64,000 nucleotides of DNA from Candidatus Hydrogenedentota bacterium (GTDB lineage Bacteria; Hydrogenedentota; Hydrogenedentia; Hydrogenedentales; SLHB01): assembly GCA_029974275.1 (NCBI GenBank), contig JARKSN010000316.1, forward strand, positions 1 to 64,000, given 5' to 3'. The notes beneath the pieces are model-generated. The model searched no databases. It had not been told where the DNA came from and saw only the letters and a list, made by a program, of their open reading frames with translations. This document shows, piece by piece, positions 1 to 9,722 of this stretch (positions within the stretch are counted from its first letter, which is position 1; every line of letters begins with the position of its first letter). The position numbers and the translations under genes are program-made.

Positions 1-1650
1 GTTGACGACGCGAAACGCCCGTTTTTCCATGCCCACATTGTCGAGTCGCGCCAGAAATTCCGGGCGGAACTCCTGGTCGGTTATTGAAATGAAATATATG
101 GATGACATGGGATGTCGTTCGAGAATCTGGTTTAGGTTCGCGGTCTTGAGCACGCCCGCTCCGTAGTAGGGTTGCACGGCGAAAAGCGTCGCCGCGCTGT
201 TGGACAAGAATCGCCGCAGGTAGAAGTCCATGGGATAGGCGATCTCCCACATCCTGTCTTCGGCAATGGCATAGACCAGGACATCGTCGGACGTCATGCG
301 TTGCGCGATGCATTGCGCGGCGCCCTTCCAATCGCCGTGCCAGTAGTCGCGTTCGCGTTCCGCCGATGCGCGGGAGAACGCAGACACCGTTTGCGGCGCT
401 GCGATGGCGAGGACAATGCCCAACGCGACAAGCGCGGTTGCGTGACACCAGCCGTTATTGGGCCTGGGGGGTAAGCCCGCACGCGTCTGGAATTTACGCA
501 CGCCCCAGCGAACGGCTTCTCCGGCGAGAAAGACGATATCCGTAAGTCCAAACGCCAAGGAGATCATCGCAGCCGGGAGGAGCGGCGAGAAATAGCGTGC
601 GCCATAGAAATGCGGCGAGGTGACGAAGAAGAAGGGAAGCGGCATCAAGACGTGTAGGCCCGTGAGAAGGGCGGCCATGGACCTATGCCGCACCCAGAGC
701 CGGAGAAGTCCCCATGCGCCGAGTCCTGCCAGGATGTATTGCCAATGCAGCGGCCATTGCCGGAAAAAATCGGCGTAGTACTGCAAATATTGCTTCCAAT
801 CCAGGCGGAAAATTTCTTCTGCCGGCTTGGCAAGTTGTGCGGTGGAATCGTCGGCGGCAGAGGCGCTATCCGCTGGTGGGTGGGGCGCGGCGGCCGCAGC
901 CGCTTCGCCCAGGTTTCTTTCGATGGGGCTAATCAATCCCGTGGGGAAGTAGCCCAACGCAAGGGTGACGGCTCCGAAGCCTGACATCCCCAGCGCGCCA
1001 AACAGGATTAACGCGATGAGCCGGCGCATCCGGCGTCCGTACGTGAGCGAGGTCCGCGTGCACAGAAGCCATGGAACCGCGCCGGCAAGCAACGCCGCAT
1101 AGAACGGCAACATGAAAAGATGCGATAAGATGCCCGCGGCGCTGGCCAGTGCGAACAGGACCCAGTTCAAGACTCCGCCAGCGACGAGGGCGCGGTGCAG
1201 CAGCCATAGCATCAGCAGGCCCGCCAACATCATCAAGGCGTAAAAGCGCGCTTCCCGGCTGAAAAAGACGTGGAATTCGCATGTTGCCAACAGCAACGCG
1301 CCGACAAGCCCTGCCGTGCGGCCGTGCAGCGAACGCAACACGAAGTAGAGGGCAAGCACGCCCAAGACCCCGCACACGACGCTCGGAAATCGCAAGGCGG
1401 CCTCGGTGTCGCCAAGGTGCAACGCCAGATGTCCCAGCACGAAGTAGAGCGGATAGGGACAGTGAACGAGCGTTTCCGAGAAGGGCTTGGTGGAGCCTTC
1501 CCATGTCCGGATTTCATCGACCCAGTAGCTGCCTTGAAGGTCCTCGACGCGCAACGCAGCGGCTAGAAATAGAATCAACAGCAGCGCCAGCACGGTTCCT
1601 GTCCTGTGCGGCTGGCGCGGGTTGCGGTCGGATAATGGCGAGTCTGTCAT
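1..1650 (-). CDS. GT-C fold membrane glycosyltransferase (PMT/GT39-like), 3' end runs off the window
   Basis: Not in the ORF track. Hand translation from ATG 1650 (AAGGAG upstream) gives MTDSPLSDRNP...LLLILFLAAALRVEDLQGSYWVDEIRT...PLYFVLGHL...EAALRFPSVVCGVL...HVFFSREARFYAL: a W-x-D-E motif after TM1, LRFPS and EARFY motifs, and many hydrophobic helices. Confidence 0.75.
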   Translation of the reverse strand, partial: MTDSPLSDRNPRQPHRTGTVLALLLILFLAAALRVEDLQGSYWVDEIRTWEGSTKPFSETLVHCPYPLYFVLGHLALHLGDTEAALRFPSVVCGVLGVLALYFVLRSLHGRTAGLVGALLLATCEFHVFFSREARFYALMMLAGLLMLWLLHRALVAGGVLNWVLFALASAAGILSHLFMLPFYAALLAGAVPWLLCTRTSLTYGRRMRRLIALILFGALGMSGFGAVTLALGYFPTGLISPIERNLGEAAAAAAPHPPADSASAADDSTAQLAKPAEEIFRLDWKQYLQYYADFFRQWPLHWQYILAGLGAWGLLRLWVRHRSMAALLTGLHVLMPLPFFFVTSPHFYGARYFSPLLPAAMISLAFGLTDIVFLAGEAVRWGVRKFQTRAGLPPRPNNGWCHATALVALGIVLAIAAPQTVSAFSRASAERERDYWHGDWKGAAQCIAQRMTSDDVLVYAIAEDRMWEIAYPMDFYLRRFLSNSAATLFAVQPYYGAGVLKTANLNQILERHPMSSIYFISITDQEFRPEFLARLDNVGMEKRAFRVVN

Positions 1651-1991
1651 GGGGAGCGCGCTCCTTTCGCTCGGGTCGCCACGGGCACGATGCGGACGTC
1701 ACAAAGTGATCTAACGCAATCGCGCGCAAGAGTGCAACAAAACGAATGCCAGCCCCCCCGCAGTCAAGAATCGATCCAGCTGCGTGCGCGAATGCCCCTT
1801 GTGCGCCCGGCTTTCTCGCCGGGATGTCCGGGCGCTGCGTCCACGCTCTTTGGGTTCAAGGCAGCCTTACGGTATGGGAGATTTGGGGCCGTTCCGATCT
1901 CGGGAGGTGAAGGCGAAATAGCGCGTCAAGCGGGAAAACGTGATGCATGCGGGGCAAGAAGTGTGGCGGAAATCCTGAGCGAATGCTTTGC

Positions 1992-2020
1992 TTGAACCAG
2001 AAGATTTTTTTTGATATGCT
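1992..2020 (+). promoter_or_regulatory. Sigma70-type promoter for rpsT
   Basis: TTGAAC-N17-TATGCT, with TG just upstream of the -10, about 65 nt before the rpsT ATG. Confidence 0.55.
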
Positions 2021-2084
2021 CTTGCCTTGTTTGGGAAGCGTAATTCACGTATTGGCAAGGGCATGCATCGGAGAGAGCACGGTA

Positions 2085-2345
2085 ATGGCAAACATCAAGT
2101 CCCAGGAAAAGCGCATTCGGACCAGTGAACGGGATCGGCTGAAGAACATATCGGTCAAATCGCGTATGAAGACGTACGTGAAACAGGCGATGGCCGCCAT
2201 CGAGTCCAAGGATGCGGGCAAGGTAAAGACGACTGTGCCGGAAGCCCTTTCCGAGATTGATCGTGCGGTTTCCAAAGGCGTTATTCACGCCAACAGCGGC
2301 GCTCGCAAAAAGTCCACGCTTCAGCGTCTTGCGGGCTCTCTCTAG
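2085..2345 (+). CDS. rpsT: 30S ribosomal protein S20
   Basis: MANIKSQEKRIRTSERDRLKN...KSRMKT...IDRAVSKGVIHANSGARKKS is the S20 signature. The true start is ATG 2085, not 1947. Confidence 0.97.
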   Translation: MANIKSQEKRIRTSERDRLKNISVKSRMKTYVKQAMAAIESKDAGKVKTTVPEALSEIDRAVSKGVIHANSGARKKSTLQRLAGSL

Positions 2346-2365
2346 CTCTTGAATTCGTCTTTGCG

Positions 2366-2398
2366 CCGCTCGCTTCTTCATGAAGCGGGCGGTTTTTT
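2366..2398 (+). terminator. Intrinsic terminator after rpsT
   Basis: CCGCTCGCTTC-ttcat-GAAGCGGGCGG stem-loop followed by T6. Confidence 0.85.
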
Positions 2399-2416
2399 GT
2401 GTCTTGACGGCGCGCT

Positions 2417-4288
2417 TCAGCGGCGCAGGGCCTTGATGAGTTCGAGGAGGCGCCCCGCGGTGTCGTAGTAGCGGATGATCCCTTCCTTGTCGATGAGAAG
2501 AACTTGGGGAAGGTATTGGATGCGATACCGCTCGAAAGTCAGGAAGGGTTTGGCGTCGACGCCGACGAGGAAGTCGATTCCGAGTTGACGGGCATAAGCC
2601 TTGGCGTCTGCGGCATCGACATTGCCGTCGTGGATGCCGATGAAAACAACGTCGTCGATGGTTCGCATGGACCGATGCAGCGTTCGCAGAACTTCGATCT
2701 CGTTCAGGGCGCGTCCCGTGGCCGCGAAACCTCCCCAAAACATCAGGACAATCACGTTCCCTTTGAGGCTGGCCAGCGTGGCCGGTTGGCCGTTGAACCA
2801 TGCGTCGCAGGCGATCTCGGGAGCCGGCTTGTCCACGAGTCGCGCCAACTGATTTTCGGTTGCATTGCTATTGTTGGGGCGCATGTCCGGCTCAAAGGCT
2901 TCCAGCGTTGCCTCAACGGGCGCAGGGTCGTCTAGGTTCACTTGGAAATCGGCGCGCAGGAATCTGCGGTTGTGCTCGATCCGGAACGCCGCCGTGCGCC
3001 CGGTCGGCGCTTTGTCGAGACCTATTCGGAAGGCCCCGTTCGCATCGGTTAGGCTCCATACGGGCTGGTCGAGATCGCGCGAGACTATCCAGGCTTCGGT
3101 GGCGGGCGTTCCATCCGGACACCGCGCGGAACCAACGATCACGGGCGATGCCTTGAGTTGGATCGGCGACAACGCAATCTTTTTTTCCTCTCCTACCTGA
3201 AGAAGTATGTCGCCAACATCCTTGGTGAGAAAACCGTCCGGCGGAATCGTGCGCAACCGTCCGTCGCCGGGCGCCACCGCAATGCGGAATGCTCCGCTGG
3301 TTTGAGAAATCGTCTCGTTTACGGCGATGTCACGGATAATATAAAGCACCCGCGCCGCGCCGATGGGTTTGCCGTCGGGCCCTACGACGCTTCCTTCCAC
3401 AAAGCACGCGGGGCGCAGCCTGAAATCGGCGACGCGGTCGTCCGTGTGCGCGGGAGAATGGATTTCCGCGGGAGGCGATGGCGCAAACGCAGGATGGCGG
3501 GCGATGACGTGGTAGGTTCCGTGTGGAACGGTCATCGTATAATAGCCTTCAGGGTCGGTCAGCGCGACGGAAGCCTGACGCTGCCCGCTCGCTGTTGTGG
3601 CGAACACGGCGACGTGTGCGCGCGCAATCCCCTTGCCGTCTTCTCCGACGACGCGCCCGTGGATGGCGATACCGGGGTAGAGCCGGAACGTTTGTTCGGA
3701 TCCTTCGGCGTTTAGATACGGGATATACTGCTCTGCGTGTTTGCGGTGGGCCAGCGTGAAACGGACAAAACTTTTGTGGGGAAGATCAACCAGGGATATC
3801 ACGCCGTCGTCGCCGCTGCGCAGCGAAGGAAAGCCGGCTTCGACAAGGTCCATCACGGGAACGGAAAATTCGCCGGGGCGCTCGAGCGAACCTATCGCCA
3901 TGGATTTCACGCGTGCGCCCGCGATTGGCTGTGCCGACGGGTCGATCACTCGGATGCGGCGCGTCACAGGTTTGGAAAGTGAAAGGGTGAGTTCGGCGTT
4001 CCCCGCTACGATGGCGGTAAAGCCCCCTAGAGCCATTCCCTCCTTGCGCGCCACGAGTTGGACCATGCCGGCGTCGAGGCCGGTAAAGGAGAAGGACCCA
4101 TCCCCGGAGGTCGCCGCGTGTTGAACGCTATGCTCTTGCACAATCCATACAGAGGTTTCGGGGATGCCTTGTCCGGTCTCGTCCTGAACCCGGCCTGAAA
4201 CCGTAAAAGCCAAGGCCGATATCACGGGCGCCATAACGGCTGAAAAGGCCATTATCGCGCGAAAAAGAAAGGTCCGCGGCGTCATCAA
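2417..4288 (-). CDS. Exported protein with carboxypeptidase-regulatory-like (prealbumin-fold) repeats and a C-terminal thioredoxin-like (TlpA/AhpC-TSA) domain
   Basis: Signal peptide; repeated VSGRVQDETGQGI / IHGRVVGEDGKGI / VEGSVVGPDGKPI units; C-terminal PAPEI...LASLKGNVIVLMFW...PQVLLIDKEGIIRY. Confidence 0.75.
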   Translation of the reverse strand: MMTPRTFLFRAIMAFSAVMAPVISALAFTVSGRVQDETGQGIPETSVWIVQEHSVQHAATSGDGSFSFTGLDAGMVQLVARKEGMALGGFTAIVAGNAELTLSLSKPVTRRIRVIDPSAQPIAGARVKSMAIGSLERPGEFSVPVMDLVEAGFPSLRSGDDGVISLVDLPHKSFVRFTLAHRKHAEQYIPYLNAEGSEQTFRLYPGIAIHGRVVGEDGKGIARAHVAVFATTASGQRQASVALTDPEGYYTMTVPHGTYHVIARHPAFAPSPPAEIHSPAHTDDRVADFRLRPACFVEGSVVGPDGKPIGAARVLYIIRDIAVNETISQTSGAFRIAVAPGDGRLRTIPPDGFLTKDVGDILLQVGEEKKIALSPIQLKASPVIVGSARCPDGTPATEAWIVSRDLDQPVWSLTDANGAFRIGLDKAPTGRTAAFRIEHNRRFLRADFQVNLDDPAPVEATLEAFEPDMRPNNSNATENQLARLVDKPAPEIACDAWFNGQPATLASLKGNVIVLMFWGGFAATGRALNEIEVLRTLHRSMRTIDDVVFIGIHDGNVDAADAKAYARQLGIDFLVGVDAKPFLTFERYRIQYLPQVLLIDKEGIIRYYDTAGRLLELIKALRR

Positions 4289-6294
4289 TGAGTTCTCATG
4301 GCTTGTAGGGCGCGGAGCGGCGGCATGCCAAACGTTTCGAGCGTCACGATGCCTGCGCGGTCCAAGATGTATGTTGTGGCAACGCCCGGCGCGCGTCCCG
4401 AGAGGACTGGCGCCCCCTCCGCGCTTCCGCTGAATGCGCCATGAACCACCGCCGCGACCATGATCGCATCCGGGCCCAGAACCGTGCGCAAAACGGCCAG
4501 CGCCTCGACAACCATCGCCGCATCATCTTGCGAGCAGTACATCACCACGGCTGGTTTGCCCGCGCGATCGGCTTTGTCGGGAAGTGTTCCTGCAAGCAGG
4601 GGGGACTCGTCCCACACGAGCGGTTTTCCGATCAGGGATGTTCCGCCCGTCGCCCCTGTCAAGATTATCGAGCCTGCTGAAGCGTGCGCGCCAATATCCG
4701 CCGCAAACGGCTGCGATGTCGCACATGCCGTTCCGGCCATGGCGATGCAGCGTTGCGGCACTTGCGGCGCGACGCTGTCCCATACAAAAGAGCCGTCGTT
4801 TCGGCTGACCGTTCGCCAGAATAGGACCTCGCTCGACTTCTGGTCGTCGGCGAACACGGCGCCGACGGGAGCGCCGGCCAGAGGCTTGCTGGCATCGTCC
4901 AAGACGGTTCCTTGGATGGATGCGAGGGGGAACAGCTGGACTTTTGCCTCGGCTTGCCGCGCATGGACGGCGAAAAGGGCGCCCTCGGGTCTGGAGATAT
5001 GTTCGGCCATGCCGACGAGGAGGCCGTCCGGCGGGACTTGGGCGACGTTGATGGCGACGCATCCTTGAGCGTCGGCGAGGCGCCAGCCGAATTGCGCGGG
5101 ACGAATCAGCGATACGACGACATCCCGCGCAGGCTGCATTGCGGCGTCAACGATCTGCACGGTGTACGTGGGAGTCCGGCTGAGCCAGAAAGTCGGCGCC
5201 TCGATATCGGCGCCCTTGTCGACGACTAGCTTGATGGCGCTGTTTTCTGGGGGGAGATAGCCTGCCGGAGCCTGCAGGCGAATGACGTTCTCTCCCGCGA
5301 CGGTGTTCACGGCATAGGCGCCCGAGGGACCTGTCGTGACGGTGGCCGCCGTGTTGCCCAGACAGGTCACCGTGATGTGCGCTCCTTCCAGGGGCTTGCC
5401 CGAAGCCGCCTCGCATACAAGTCCATGCAAGGCTCCCGCGTGTCCCACGAACAGGGAGATCCGTTGTTCGGCCGTTTCGCCTTTGAGGATGAGCTGCTGC
5501 CAACCGGGACTTCGCATTTCCGCGCTCAATGCTTGGCAGAGGTAGACGCCCGGTTTCAGGCGCGTCGCGAATGCTCCCATCGCATCTGTCCGAGTCAAAA
5601 CCGAGTCATGCGGCGGCTGTGCGTTTTGTATGATAACCGTTGCATTGGCAACGGCCGCGCCGAGATCGCGAGAATGGACTTTGCCGGAAACGCTCACGCC
5701 GGCATGCAGGGTGATGCGCACGTCCTGCGTCCCTACGGGCAGGTCCGTGACGGCCTCCTGGGCGAAAAGCGGATGGACGATTTTGAGCGCCACCGCGCCT
5801 CCCTCTGGGAGCCGCGCCACCGTGAATGCGCCGTCCGGTCCCGACGCCGGGAGTTCTCCGCCGAACGCTCTGAGTTTATCCAGCGGGATCGAGACCTTCG
5901 CGGCGCCGAGCAAGGCTACGCGCGAAATTTCCGCTCCCGCGACAGGCTTTCCCTTTGCATCGCACACCGTGCCGCTGACGCTGCGCGCGGGTTTGATCGC
6001 AAGCACAATGCCTTCCGCCGAATCGCCCGCCCCGACCGTTACGCTGCACCCGCCGTAGCTCATGCCATCGGCCACTGCGAACACGCCGGCAATGCCCGCC
6101 GGAACGTTTTCGAAGCGGAAGGATCCGTCTGCCGCCGCGCGCGTTTCCATCAGCGTTCCTTCGATGCCAGGTTCCAGAAACACCCGAGCCGGGGGGGCGC
6201 CGCTTTCAAGCCCCATAACGCTGCCCGATACGGTCCCGCCGCTCGCTTCAGCGGCCGCAAACAGGACGAGCAGCAACGACATCAGCATCTTCAT
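4285..6294 (-). CDS. Exported carboxypeptidase-regulatory-like repeat protein with a degenerate thioredoxin-like C-terminus; paralog of the downstream gene
   Basis: Signal peptide; VSGTVCDAKGKPVAGA and IQGTVLDDASKPLAGA repeats; ends TTYILDRAGIV. Its stop overlaps the next start (ATGA). Confidence 0.7.
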   Translation of the reverse strand: MKMLMSLLLVLFAAAEASGGTVSGSVMGLESGAPPARVFLEPGIEGTLMETRAAADGSFRFENVPAGIAGVFAVADGMSYGGCSVTVGAGDSAEGIVLAIKPARSVSGTVCDAKGKPVAGAEISRVALLGAAKVSIPLDKLRAFGGELPASGPDGAFTVARLPEGGAVALKIVHPLFAQEAVTDLPVGTQDVRITLHAGVSVSGKVHSRDLGAAVANATVIIQNAQPPHDSVLTRTDAMGAFATRLKPGVYLCQALSAEMRSPGWQQLILKGETAEQRISLFVGHAGALHGLVCEAASGKPLEGAHITVTCLGNTAATVTTGPSGAYAVNTVAGENVIRLQAPAGYLPPENSAIKLVVDKGADIEAPTFWLSRTPTYTVQIVDAAMQPARDVVVSLIRPAQFGWRLADAQGCVAINVAQVPPDGLLVGMAEHISRPEGALFAVHARQAEAKVQLFPLASIQGTVLDDASKPLAGAPVGAVFADDQKSSEVLFWRTVSRNDGSFVWDSVAPQVPQRCIAMAGTACATSQPFAADIGAHASAGSIILTGATGGTSLIGKPLVWDESPLLAGTLPDKADRAGKPAVVMYCSQDDAAMVVEALAVLRTVLGPDAIMVAAVVHGAFSGSAEGAPVLSGRAPGVATTYILDRAGIVTLETFGMPPLRALQAMRTH

Positions 6295-6461
6295 GCGTCA
6301 TGCACTCCTCGCGCGGCATGCGTCCCGGACCGTTTCGCGCCAGATTGCCGCGCATGAAACCTGTTATCGCACGGCCGGGCGACGCTACGCAACCTTCGGG
6401 AGACAAAGCCGCATTCTGCGCTATATCGGGCAGCGCTCTTACTCGATGCGTGAAGTGAGCG

Positions 6462-8036
6462 TCAATTTGGGGCCGCGTGATGCAGGCGCTCCAGCAAAAG
6501 CAGCGATTCCCGATGCAATGTTGGCGCGATAGCGGGCCCCCCCGAGTTCACCTCGCCATATTGAGGTTTGCCGTCATAGGCGTACGGAGGCTTTGTGTCC
6601 CACTGGCTTCTGGGAATAATGTAGCCCAGTTGATCATTGGCGAGGCCGATAACCATGTTGACCTTGCCCCGCATGCGCGAACGTAAAGGCGGCGTTTCGG
6701 CGGGAAGAATCCCAAAATCCGCCCCTGCCGGACTCTCGATGCCCCCGTCGGCGATTTCCGGATATATCTCGCCGGGAAGCGTCAACACGTCCAAATCCCC
6801 CACGCGAAAGGCATTGATCTCGGTTCGGATTTTCCCCCAATGCCATCCAGGGTGAATGAGGCCGAGCATGATCGGAATCCGGAAGGTTCCCGACACCGGT
6901 ACGTAAACGGTTTTTGCAGCCATGGCCACGAAAGGGTTGTCGATTTTCATCACGTCGGGATCGCGAAGCGCTCTGACGGTCCGCACGGCGAGAGCCTCGC
7001 CCAACGCCTGAGCCTTCTCGAAACTGGCCGTTTCGAACGTGTCCACGCCGTTGCGCGCGGTCACCTTCATATGCATCGGCGTCATCAATCCCCCGAGCAT
7101 GCCCTGGAAAAACAAACAGATGCCGCCAAGCCCCGGAACGCCGTCCGGATCGGACAAGCCCTGTTCGACGCCTTCCCGCCAATAATGCACAAAGTCCGAG
7201 GAAATAAGCAGGTTTTTCCCCTCCAGGCATTCCGGATGGTTTCCCCACGACATCATCGTGGCGATGGTTTCGTCCGTGTCGGGCTTGACGAAGCGAGCAA
7301 GGCAGAGCGTCTCGTCATAGACCATGGGTTTGCGCGTGTCGTTCGAATACGCGCCCGGCTCCAGGCGCGTCGAAGTCAGGTGCATGACCGCAGGCTGCGC
7401 CGTGCGCACGGCTTCTTCGACGGCCTGCTTGCATGCGCGCTCGACCAGTGCCATATACGCCGCATCGAAGCGCGGACGCAGCAGAGAATAACTCCAAATC
7501 CCCGTGGTGTCAGGCCCCTCGTGGGTATGGGTGCACGAAAACATCACGTGATCGATCTTGAGAGCGGGATCAAGCGATTTGCGAATGCGGATATACGGCT
7601 CTTCGAGGATGCCGATGCTGTCGATCGTCACCATGGCCACGGTGACGCCGTTGTTGCGGAATGCGATGGCTCGCACCCAAAGCGGATCGTGGACGCCTTG
7701 GGCGGGCCGGTTTTCGTCGAAGCCCGCAATCCAGACAAGATCGAAGGTCCCGTTGTGATTGCGGTCCTCGTACGTATCGCCCTTATCGGGACGGAAGGCG
7801 CCATCGCCGTCGACGTCCGTCCATGTGTCGTATTGCGACAGGTCCGGCGTGATGTCGCGTTTGGCCACGCCGACTTCGAGCATGCCCGGCTGTGCGATGC
7901 CGTCGGGCGCTGGTTTTACGAGGTCAATTCGATACGAACGGTATGGCCCTTTCATGCGATACAGGATCACGGAAACGACAAGCAGCAGAACCACGAAAAG
8001 AAACGAGAGAATCTTGTGTCGGCGAAGAAATTTCAT
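6462..8036 (-). CDS. Neutral/alkaline ceramidase-like metallo-amidohydrolase with an N-terminal anchor
   Basis: VGVAKRDITP, GVHDPLWVRAI, CTHTHEGPD, WGNHPE, ISSDF, LPGEIYPE and IGLANDQLGYI motifs. Confidence 0.75.
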   Translation of the reverse strand: MKFLRRHKILSFLFVVLLLVVSVILYRMKGPYRSYRIDLVKPAPDGIAQPGMLEVGVAKRDITPDLSQYDTWTDVDGDGAFRPDKGDTYEDRNHNGTFDLVWIAGFDENRPAQGVHDPLWVRAIAFRNNGVTVAMVTIDSIGILEEPYIRIRKSLDPALKIDHVMFSCTHTHEGPDTTGIWSYSLLRPRFDAAYMALVERACKQAVEEAVRTAQPAVMHLTSTRLEPGAYSNDTRKPMVYDETLCLARFVKPDTDETIATMMSWGNHPECLEGKNLLISSDFVHYWREGVEQGLSDPDGVPGLGGICLFFQGMLGGLMTPMHMKVTARNGVDTFETASFEKAQALGEALAVRTVRALRDPDVMKIDNPFVAMAAKTVYVPVSGTFRIPIMLGLIHPGWHWGKIRTEINAFRVGDLDVLTLPGEIYPEIADGGIESPAGADFGILPAETPPLRSRMRGKVNMVIGLANDQLGYIIPRSQWDTKPPYAYDGKPQYGEVNSGGPAIAPTLHRESLLLLERLHHAAPN

Positions 8037-8057
8037 GCTGGCCTTTCTGGGCGCGCG

Positions 8058-8756
8058 TCAGGTTCCGAAGTAAGCGCACCGCGCCGTGCACGTCTCCTGC
8101 ACAATCACTGCGCGCATGTCGGGCGCGGCGGGCGCGATGCGGTTCCATATCCACTGGGACAGTATTTCCGACGTGGCGTTTTCGAGGCCGGGCACGTCAT
8201 TCAAACAGCGGTGATCCAGGCGACAATATACGTTATGGAGCGGTTCAAGCAATGGGTCGATCTGCGCCGCGGCGACCTCTACCCGGTAACTATGCCCATG
8301 CAGTCGATGGCACTTGTGGCCTTCGGGGGTCATGGGCAGATGATGGGCCGCCTCGAACGAAAAACCGACGCGCACAGGCAATTCCTGCCACGGATCGGCG
8401 TCAAGCACGCAGGGCCGGTATGCGCAATCGCCCATGATACGCACGCGCACATCCCGTAAACTTGGCACGGCGGCGCACAGCTTTCCGGAAAGCCATTTCC
8501 GCACGCTCCCCAACGTCGTATCCGGCAAATCCACGATCCCTTCCAGCGAATGGTGGTCCATCGTTTCGTACAGCGGGCGGAAGGCCTTTTTGATGTCGCC
8601 AAAATCCACAACCCAGCCCGCCGCGGGGTTTACCTCGCCTTCGACAACGACGTCGATGCGGTAACTGTGCCCATGGATGCGCGATGTCTTGTCGTCGCCG
8701 TGCGCGTTGACGTGGGCGGACTCGACGAAGAATTGTTTGACTAATTCGCTGCGCAC
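8058..8756 (-). CDS. queD: 6-carboxytetrahydropterin synthase, tandem two-domain form
   Basis: Two T-fold units, each with AH...HGHSY; the second has CHRLHGHSY, ENATSE and QET. Directly downstream of queE. Confidence 0.88.
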   Translation of the reverse strand: MRSELVKQFFVESAHVNAHGDDKTSRIHGHSYRIDVVVEGEVNPAAGWVVDFGDIKKAFRPLYETMDHHSLEGIVDLPDTTLGSVRKWLSGKLCAAVPSLRDVRVRIMGDCAYRPCVLDADPWQELPVRVGFSFEAAHHLPMTPEGHKCHRLHGHSYRVEVAAAQIDPLLEPLHNVYCRLDHRCLNDVPGLENATSEILSQWIWNRIAPAAPDMRAVIVQETCTARCAYFGT

Positions 8757-9401
8757 TTACACGCCTCTTTGAGCCGGATGCCAGACAATTTTATGCAGTT
8801 GAAGCTGAAACCGAACCGGAAGTCCATCCTCGAGAATCCACGCCGCCAAATCGCGCGGCGCTATCGCATCCAATACCGGCGAGAATAAAACCTCCTTACA
8901 GAGAGACGTCAGATCATACCGCGAAACGACATCCCGGCTCCACTCGTAATCGGCCCGGTCGGCGATGACGAATTTTACCTCGTCGCGCGGCGTCAAGCGT
9001 GCGACGTTCGCCCAATCGTTGCGGCCGCATTCGCCGCTGCCGGGGCACTTCAAGTCCATAATGCGGATCACCGTATCGGGCAAGCGATCGATCGGCAAGG
9101 CGCCGCAGGTCTCGCACAGCGTCGTAAATCCCTTTTCTATAAGCAGTTGAGCCAACGGCGGGCAGCCTTCCTGCAACAGCGGCTCGCCGCCGGTAATCTC
9201 GACCAGGCGACAATCGTGGCCCGTGCACCACGCAACCACTTCTTCGAGGGACATTTCCATGCCGTTTTCCCGCGCATGGGGCGTATCGCACCAGATGCAG
9301 TGGAGATCACATCCCGCCAAGCGCACGAACAGACACGGCAATCCCGCCCACGACGACTCCCCCTGGATGCTATAAAAAAGCTCCGCTACCGTGACGTTCA
9401 T
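8757..9401 (-). CDS. queE: 7-carboxy-7-deazaguanine synthase (radical SAM)
   Basis: ELFYSIQGE, FVRLAGCDLHCIWCDT (CxxxCxxC), ITGGEPLLQ, FQLQLHKIVW. Confidence 0.93.
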   Translation of the reverse strand: MNVTVAELFYSIQGESSWAGLPCLFVRLAGCDLHCIWCDTPHARENGMEMSLEEVVAWCTGHDCRLVEITGGEPLLQEGCPPLAQLLIEKGFTTLCETCGALPIDRLPDTVIRIMDLKCPGSGECGRNDWANVARLTPRDEVKFVIADRADYEWSRDVVSRYDLTSLCKEVLFSPVLDAIAPRDLAAWILEDGLPVRFQLQLHKIVWHPAQRGV

Positions 9402-9443
9402 GACGGCGTCCTTTGATTTCGTGTCCAAGGCTACGGCAATCGG

Positions 9444-9722
9444 TTAACGGACGACCGATGCGAGCAGCGACGCGCCCATTTCGCGCACTATCCAAACGGC
9501 AAACAAGACCGCAGCGGGAGCGAAATCCACGGGGCCCAGCGGCGGCAGTTTTCGGCGCGCAAAACCGAACGCGGGATCCGTGATGCGGCATATCCAACGG
9601 AACCGCCCGTACAGATCAATCTCCAGATAAGATCCAAACCATCGAAGCAAAACAAACAACATGTACAGGGTGCACAAATTGAAGAACCCTCGGGGAAGCA
9701 TTGCTAGCATCGTGGTCGTCAT
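9444..9722 (-). CDS. yggT: YggT family membrane protein
   Basis: Small protein with two hydrophobic segments and RITDP...RRKLPPLGPVDFAP. Confidence 0.85.
   Translation of the reverse strand: MTTTMLAMLPRGFFNLCTLYMLFVLLRWFGSYLEIDLYGRFRWICRITDPAFGFARRKLPPLGPVDFAPAAVLFAVWIVREMGASLLASVVR

Noticed and set aside
1651..1990. Possible ncRNA in the long intergenic region before rpsT
   Set aside because: A few GC-rich hairpins, but no recognisable RNA family signature.
6840..8459. 539-aa plus-strand ORF, and similar long antisense ORFs (12845-14338, 16126-17577, 20588-22000, 26127-27449, 31051-32238, 36539-37801, 51016-52287)
   Set aside because: Antisense shadows of well-supported genes in GC-rich DNA; no motifs of their own.
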